From an uncultured candidate division Zixibacteria bacterium (GTDB taxonomy: Bacteria > Zixibacteria > MSB-5A5 > UBA10806): a stretch of 64,000 bases of DNA. The notes under the pieces were generated by a model that saw nothing but the letters and a program-made list of their open reading frames with translations, had not been told where the DNA came from and ran no database searches. The stretch covers positions 128,171 through 192,170 of the forward strand of contig CAWFQL010000016.1 in NCBI GenBank assembly GCA_963817915.1, written 5' to 3'. Shown here in pieces: positions 59,349-64,000 of the stretch (positions are counted from its first letter, which is position 1; each line of letters opens with the position of its first letter). The translations under genes were made by a program, and so were the position numbers.

Positions 59349-61010
59349 ATGAAAAGAGGACAAATTACCTGGATTATCGTAATCGGATTGGCTACGATTG
59401 CATCGATTTTTCTGCTTTACCCATCCGTGCAATTCTACAACCAGAATCCGGCGGAGCTTAAAAAGAATAATCCCTCAGAATATTATTCATTGAAAAGCAA
59501 GGCCTTGAGACTGGGACTTGACCTCCAGGGTGGCGTACACATGGTGTTACAAGTCAAGAATGCGCGCGGTGGTGCGATTACACCGGATGTTCAAGATCAG
59601 GTATTGGAAAAAATTAGAATCAGGGTCGATAAATACGGCATCGCCGAACCCGAAATAGTCAAATCGGGTCCGGATCAGATTGTTGTTGACCTTCCAGGCT
59701 ATACCGATATCGATACTGCCAAGGCATTAATAGGTAGTACAGCGCAATTACAATTCAAGCTCTTAAGGTCAACCGATGAATGCCAGGCATTATTGAAGTC
59801 AATAGACTCCGTGCTGGTGATTTCATTGAAGAAAGAGACACCGGGCGCCTTATCTGCCCCAACCGAAAAGACTGCGCAATCAGATACCGCTTCCAAGGCC
59901 ATAAAGAGCCTATTCGGAGCCGAGACCAAGGATACAACCCAGACGGCTCTGAATGAAGAAGATATCGCCGCGAAGCAGCCATTTTCATCATTGCTAGAGT
60001 CGAACGGCCGTTGGTGGTTCCTCACTATGCAGGATTTTTATAAAGCGCAGCAATATCTGGCTCTCCCGGAAGTACAGGCAATTATCCCGCCCAATTATCA
60101 GCTGGCATGGGGAACCCGTCCGGAAAAAAGAGGAGACAGAGATTTTCAGACACTATATATCCTCAATAAGAATATCGAGATGACCGGCGAATATCTGGTT
60201 AGTGTCAAAGAGGGTTATGATCAGATGAGAGTTCCGGAAGTCTCATTTGATCTCAATGCCGATGGCGCCAGGATATTTTCCAGAATAACCGGCAATCATA
60301 TAAATGAGCCGTTGGCAATATTGATAGATGATCGAGTCGAATCAGCGCCGAACATCCAATCGAGAATTTCCAAGAGCGGCAAAATCACCATGGGCCAGGA
60401 CGCTACGATCAGCGACGCTTATCTGCTGGCGGTGCTCTTGAAATCAGGAGCTCTTCCTGCCCAGGTTGATATTTTACAAAGTACAATTATCGGACCTTCT
60501 TTAGGACAGGATTCGATCAACAAGGGTAAGACAGCGTCACTAATAGGAATAATTCTGGTCGTGTTATTCATGGCATTTTACTATAAAATTTCAGGGCTGA
60601 TAGCCGACCTCGCTGTGATTTTAAATACATTCTTTATATTGGCATTCATGGTTTTGCCCGGAGTGAATTCCACTCTAACGATGCCGGGTATAGCGGGGAT
60701 AATTTTGACCGTAGGTATGTCGGTGGATTCTAACGTGCTGATATTTGAAAGAATCAGGGAGGAGCTGCGAACAGGCAAGACAGTTCGAGCGGCGATCGAT
60801 GCCGGATATGACAGAGCGTTATTGACGGTTATCGATTCACACGTTACGACTCTTATTACGGCGTTGTTCTTGTTTGTTTTCGGATCGGGACCGGTAAGAG
60901 GATTCGCGGTTACCCTGTCTGTAGGAATTCTGCTTTCGCTTTTTACAGCAATATTCGTAACCAAGACGGTTTTCGATTTGCGTAAGCAATATAAGACCCT
61001 TTCGATTTAA
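59349..61010 (+). CDS. secD: Protein translocase subunit SecD
   Basis: N-terminal TM, large periplasmic domain, C-terminal 6-TM SecD/SecF module. Confidence 0.85.
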   Translation: MKRGQITWIIVIGLATIASIFLLYPSVQFYNQNPAELKKNNPSEYYSLKSKALRLGLDLQGGVHMVLQVKNARGGAITPDVQDQVLEKIRIRVDKYGIAEPEIVKSGPDQIVVDLPGYTDIDTAKALIGSTAQLQFKLLRSTDECQALLKSIDSVLVISLKKETPGALSAPTEKTAQSDTASKAIKSLFGAETKDTTQTALNEEDIAAKQPFSSLLESNGRWWFLTMQDFYKAQQYLALPEVQAIIPPNYQLAWGTRPEKRGDRDFQTLYILNKNIEMTGEYLVSVKEGYDQMRVPEVSFDLNADGARIFSRITGNHINEPLAILIDDRVESAPNIQSRISKSGKITMGQDATISDAYLLAVLLKSGALPAQVDILQSTIIGPSLGQDSINKGKTASLIGIILVVLFMAFYYKISGLIADLAVILNTFFILAFMVLPGVNSTLTMPGIAGIILTVGMSVDSNVLIFERIREELRTGKTVRAAIDAGYDRALLTVIDSHVTTLITALFLFVFGSGPVRGFAVTLSVGILLSLFTAIFVTKTVFDLRKQYKTLSI

Positions 61011-61024
61011 TGGAGTAGGATACA

Positions 61025-62011
61025 ATGATACAGATATTAAAACAGACGAATATCCACTTTATTGAGAAACGGCATTATGCCTTCATTCTTTCGAGCATCA
61101 TGGTAGGGCTGGGAATATTAGCATTTATTCTCATTCTCACCGGCAAAGCCAATCTCGGAATGGATTTTACAGGTGGTGCCGAAATTACCGGCAATTTCGA
61201 TCAGCCGGTTACCGCTCAGGAATTGAGAAACGCTCTCAATGAAGTCGGATACGGACAGGCGGTTATTCAATCGGTAGCCGGAAAGGGTTTTCAGAATTCA
61301 TTCATTATTCGAGTACAAGGGAAGATCGAAAATGCTCTGCCTGAGACAACATTCGCTGAAGACGGCAAAATGGTAGTCAATATGGTGGCATTGGAAGGCG
61401 ACAAGCTGGCGACAGTGATGAAAAACGCCATCAATGAGCATTTTGGCAATAATAAATTCAAGCTCGATTCCACCAATAATATCAGCGGTAAAGTCGGGAA
61501 GCAATTGGCTCATGACGCTACCTGGGCAGTGATATTCGCATTCCTGGGCATACTTGTTTACATCTGGATTCGATTCGATTTCAGGTTCGGAGTGGCGGCG
61601 ACAGTCGCGACTTTCCATGATGTCCTGGCGATGTTGGGAATTTATTTCATCCTGAATCGAGAAATATCGCTTTTGTTGATAACAGCCTTGCTGACTGTTG
61701 CGGGTTACTCATTGACCGATACGGTCGTTGTGTTCGATAGAATCCGCGAAAACTTGAAGCAATTCAGAAAACGTTCTGATTTTTCCGGTACTGTAAATCT
61801 TTCAATAAACGAAGTATTATCGAGAACAATCATTACGTCATTGACCACCGAACTGGCCGTAATCGCGATCTTGACATTCGGCGGAAAGGTGCTGTTTGAT
61901 TTCGCGCTGGCCCTGACGATAGGGATTGTAATCGGAACATATAGTTCGGTTTTTGTGGCTAGCCCGATTATTGTCGAATGGGAAAACCGTTCTCCGAGAC
62001 GAGTAAAATAA
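61025..62011 (+). CDS. secF: Protein translocase subunit SecF
   Basis: Follows secD directly. Conserved SecF TM core. Confidence 0.85.
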   Translation: MIQILKQTNIHFIEKRHYAFILSSIMVGLGILAFILILTGKANLGMDFTGGAEITGNFDQPVTAQELRNALNEVGYGQAVIQSVAGKGFQNSFIIRVQGKIENALPETTFAEDGKMVVNMVALEGDKLATVMKNAINEHFGNNKFKLDSTNNISGKVGKQLAHDATWAVIFAFLGILVYIWIRFDFRFGVAATVATFHDVLAMLGIYFILNREISLLLITALLTVAGYSLTDTVVVFDRIRENLKQFRKRSDFSGTVNLSINEVLSRTIITSLTTELAVIAILTFGGKVLFDFALALTIGIVIGTYSSVFVASPIIVEWENRSPRRVK

Positions 62012-62020
62012 TCTGACCAT

Positions 62021-62048
62021 AAATAGTTTTTTGAGGCGGGCTTGTCCC
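62021..62048 (+). terminator. Rho-independent terminator after secF
   Basis: gaggcgggcttgtcccgcctttttttat. Confidence 0.6.
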
Positions 62049-62197
62049 GCCTTTTTTTATGTCTTTTTTCCCTGGCATATGAGCATTGAGAAATTTTTTC
62101 TTGACCCTGCAGTGTCATGGCCTATATTAGCCCCAGCCTATTTGTAGTTGGATAGACTTTTTTGGCAATAATTTTATAAACCAGCAAGGGGAAAATA

Positions 62198-62659
62198 GTG
62201 GAAAATAAAAAAATGCCTCGGCGAGATGTCATCAACTATCTTCTTGGTGCAGGGGTGGGCGCGTTGGGTGCGGCTACTATATATCCCATAATCAGGTATA
62301 TTCTTCCTCCACCGGCGTCCGAAAGCGGAACATCCTCGGTTTCGGCGGCGAAGGTCGGAGAGCTGCAGCCCAATCAAGGGAAGATTTTCAAATTCGGCAA
62401 TCTGCCCGCGATACTTGTTTTAAAGCAAGGGGGCGATCCTAAGAGCGCGTTAAGCTATGTGGCTTTCACAGCGGTCTGCACTCATCTCAATTGTACGGTT
62501 CAATATCGCGCCGAAGGCGGGGATATCTGGTGCGCCTGCCATAATGGCCATTACGATCTAAACGGAAATGTTATCTCAGGGCCTCCACCTGCACCATTGA
62601 CTCAATACGATGTCTCGATCAAGGGTGAAGACATATTCGTCTCGGCGAAGGGGGCATGA
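62198..62659 (+). CDS. Rieske [2Fe-2S] iron-sulphur subunit of a cytochrome bc-type complex
   Basis: Tat-like [17 protein letters not shown]. Rieske boxes CTHLNC and CACHNGHY. Confidence 0.8.
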   Translation: MENKKMPRRDVINYLLGAGVGALGAATIYPIIRYILPPPASESGTSSVSAAKVGELQPNQGKIFKFGNLPAILVLKQGGDPKSALSYVAFTAVCTHLNCTVQYRAEGGDIWCACHNGHYDLNGNVISGPPPAPLTQYDVSIKGEDIFVSAKGA

Positions 62660-63729
62660 TGGATAATCGCAATTGGTTATATCGCTGGTTTGACGAACGA
62701 GTTGATCTTCAGAGTCTCGAAGATCTTCTCCATCATAAGAAGGTTCCGTATCATCGACATTCACTCTGGTACTATATAGGTGGAATGTCGCTTTTTCTTT
62801 TTATAGTCCAGGTAGTGACAGGAATTCTGCTTCTGCTCTATTATAAACCGACTGCGGAAGCGGCCTATGAATCGGTTCAGTATATCATGACCGGCGTGCC
62901 GTTCGGATGGCTAGTGCGGTCAATTCATTCATATTCAGCAAATTTATTTATCGGCTTTGCGTTTCTGCATATGTTTTCGGTTTTCTTTATGAAGGCCTAT
63001 AGAAGGCCGCGAGAATTGACCTGGATTTCGGGAGCTTTGCTCTTATTTCTGGCGCTGGGTTTTGGATTTTCCGGCTACCTTCTCCCCTGGAATCAACTCG
63101 CTTATCTGGCCACCAATGTCGGAACCGAGTTCTCGGTCATGGTGCCATTCGTGGGCAAATGGATTCTGCAATTCCTACGCGGAGGCGATCAGGTTACAGG
63201 AGCGACATTAACAAGATTTTTTGGATTCCACGTGGCGGTGCTTCCCGGTATAACAACGACGATTCTGACAATACATTTGTTGTTCGTTCAACGGCAGGGA
63301 ATGAGCGTGCCGATTTCTATCGAAAAAGAAATAGCGGCCGGTAAAGCCAAAAAACGCGAGATTCCATTTTTGCCAAACTTCCTATATCGCGATGTTATGG
63401 GCTGGACATTGGCGCTGGGTCTGATCGTGCTTTTATCATCGCTGTTTCCATGGGAATTGGGAGACAAGGCGGATATGCTTAAGCCTGCCCCACCGCATAT
63501 CAAACCTGAATGGTATTTTGTCTTTATGTATCAGACTTTAAAGTATGTGCCGAAATTAGTGGGAGTCTTTGGATTTGCCATTTTAGGAGGAATCTGGGTG
63601 CTGCTGCCATTTTTCGATTCAAAATCCAATCGCGGACAACACAACAGGCTATATACCATAATTGGGATTGTAGTAGTCGCCTATATGGTGGTAATGACTG
63701 CAGTCGGTTATCTGGCGCCGGGGGAATAA
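62656..63729 (+). CDS. Cytochrome b subunit (fused N- and C-terminal b/b6 domains)
   Basis: Conserved haem-ligating His in helices B and D ([13 protein letters not shown]...R; FHVAVLPG). The ATG overlaps the Rieske stop. Confidence 0.8.
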   Translation: MMDNRNWLYRWFDERVDLQSLEDLLHHKKVPYHRHSLWYYIGGMSLFLFIVQVVTGILLLLYYKPTAEAAYESVQYIMTGVPFGWLVRSIHSYSANLFIGFAFLHMFSVFFMKAYRRPRELTWISGALLLFLALGFGFSGYLLPWNQLAYLATNVGTEFSVMVPFVGKWILQFLRGGDQVTGATLTRFFGFHVAVLPGITTTILTIHLLFVQRQGMSVPISIEKEIAAGKAKKREIPFLPNFLYRDVMGWTLALGLIVLLSSLFPWELGDKADMLKPAPPHIKPEWYFVFMYQTLKYVPKLVGVFGFAILGGIWVLLPFFDSKSNRGQHNRLYTIIGIVVVAYMVVMTAVGYLAPGE

Positions 63730-63730
63730 G

Positions 63731-64000
63731 ATGAAAAAAATATTAATATTTACATTCGCGATAGTATCGGCATATTCAATTTCTCTAACGGCAAAAGAAT
63801 CAAGCTGCATCAAATGCCATCTTTCCAAAGAACAGGTATCCGAGACATCGATCGCGACAGCGTTCATGGCCGGCGATATTCATCGAAGCATGGGATTGGA
63901 TTGCTCGGACTGTCACGGCGGCGATCCCAAGATCGGGTTTGTCGAAAAAGATATGTCGATTTCCATGGATGAGGCAAAAGGATATAAGGCACCACCGGAT
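63731..64000 (+). CDS. c-type cytochrome of the bc complex, N-terminal fragment; runs off the window
   Basis: Signal peptide. CIKCH and CSDCH motifs. Open to the window end. Confidence 0.6.
   Translation, partial: MKKILIFTFAIVSAYSISLTAKESSCIKCHLSKEQVSETSIATAFMAGDIHRSMGLDCSDCHGGDPKIGFVEKDMSISMDEAKGYKAPPD

Overview
This is a 64-kb window of a roughly 45% GC chromosome, and I infer it comes from an uncultivated FCB-group or candidate-phylum bacterium. That inference rests on T9SS C-terminal sorting domains, a PEP-CTERM protein, a Fibrobacter-type paralogous domain, LVIVD repeats and many multihaem cytochromes. The window is mostly housekeeping and respiratory genes. In order, from pilT to bc-complex genes:
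- The C-terminus of pilT, translationally coupled to a large MshEN/HD/DUF4388 signalling protein.
- hypA and hypB.
- A porin-cytochrome extracellular electron transfer cluster: a decahaem cytochrome, an outer-membrane beta-barrel and a hexahaem lipoprotein cytochrome.
- A beta-CASP RNase and an LVIVD/dockerin protein.
- An ATP-grasp/GNAT cluster.
- A cytochrome c peroxidase followed by an outer-membrane barrel carrying a single CxxCH motif.
- A ZnuABC-like metal uptake operon behind a ribbon-helix-helix/zinc-ribbon regulator.
- ald, followed by a CoA-transferase.
- A complete phosphate regulon: phoBR, porin, pstSCAB, phoU.
- A hybrid PAS histidine kinase.
- A VIT/vWA protein.
- Three tandem paralogues of a BNR-repeat T9SS-sorted surface protein.
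- secDF, and the start of a Rieske/cytochrome b/cytochrome c complex.

Features the gene calls do not explain:
- A family of modular palindromic intergenic repeats (REP/MITE-like). One copy has replaced the 5' end of a BNR paralogue.
- A 10-nt poly-C/G tract sitting exactly at the frameshift in the middle BNR paralogue, which looks like a phase-variation switch.
- A MITE-like element with roughly 50-bp terminal inverted repeats.
- An unusual number of single-nucleotide frameshifts in otherwise conserved genes (rimK-like, uvrD/pcrA, pstB, acs and a decayed FISUMP lipoprotein gene). This points either to real gene decay or to an error-prone assembly.

I found no CRISPR arrays, rRNA genes or convincing tRNA genes.
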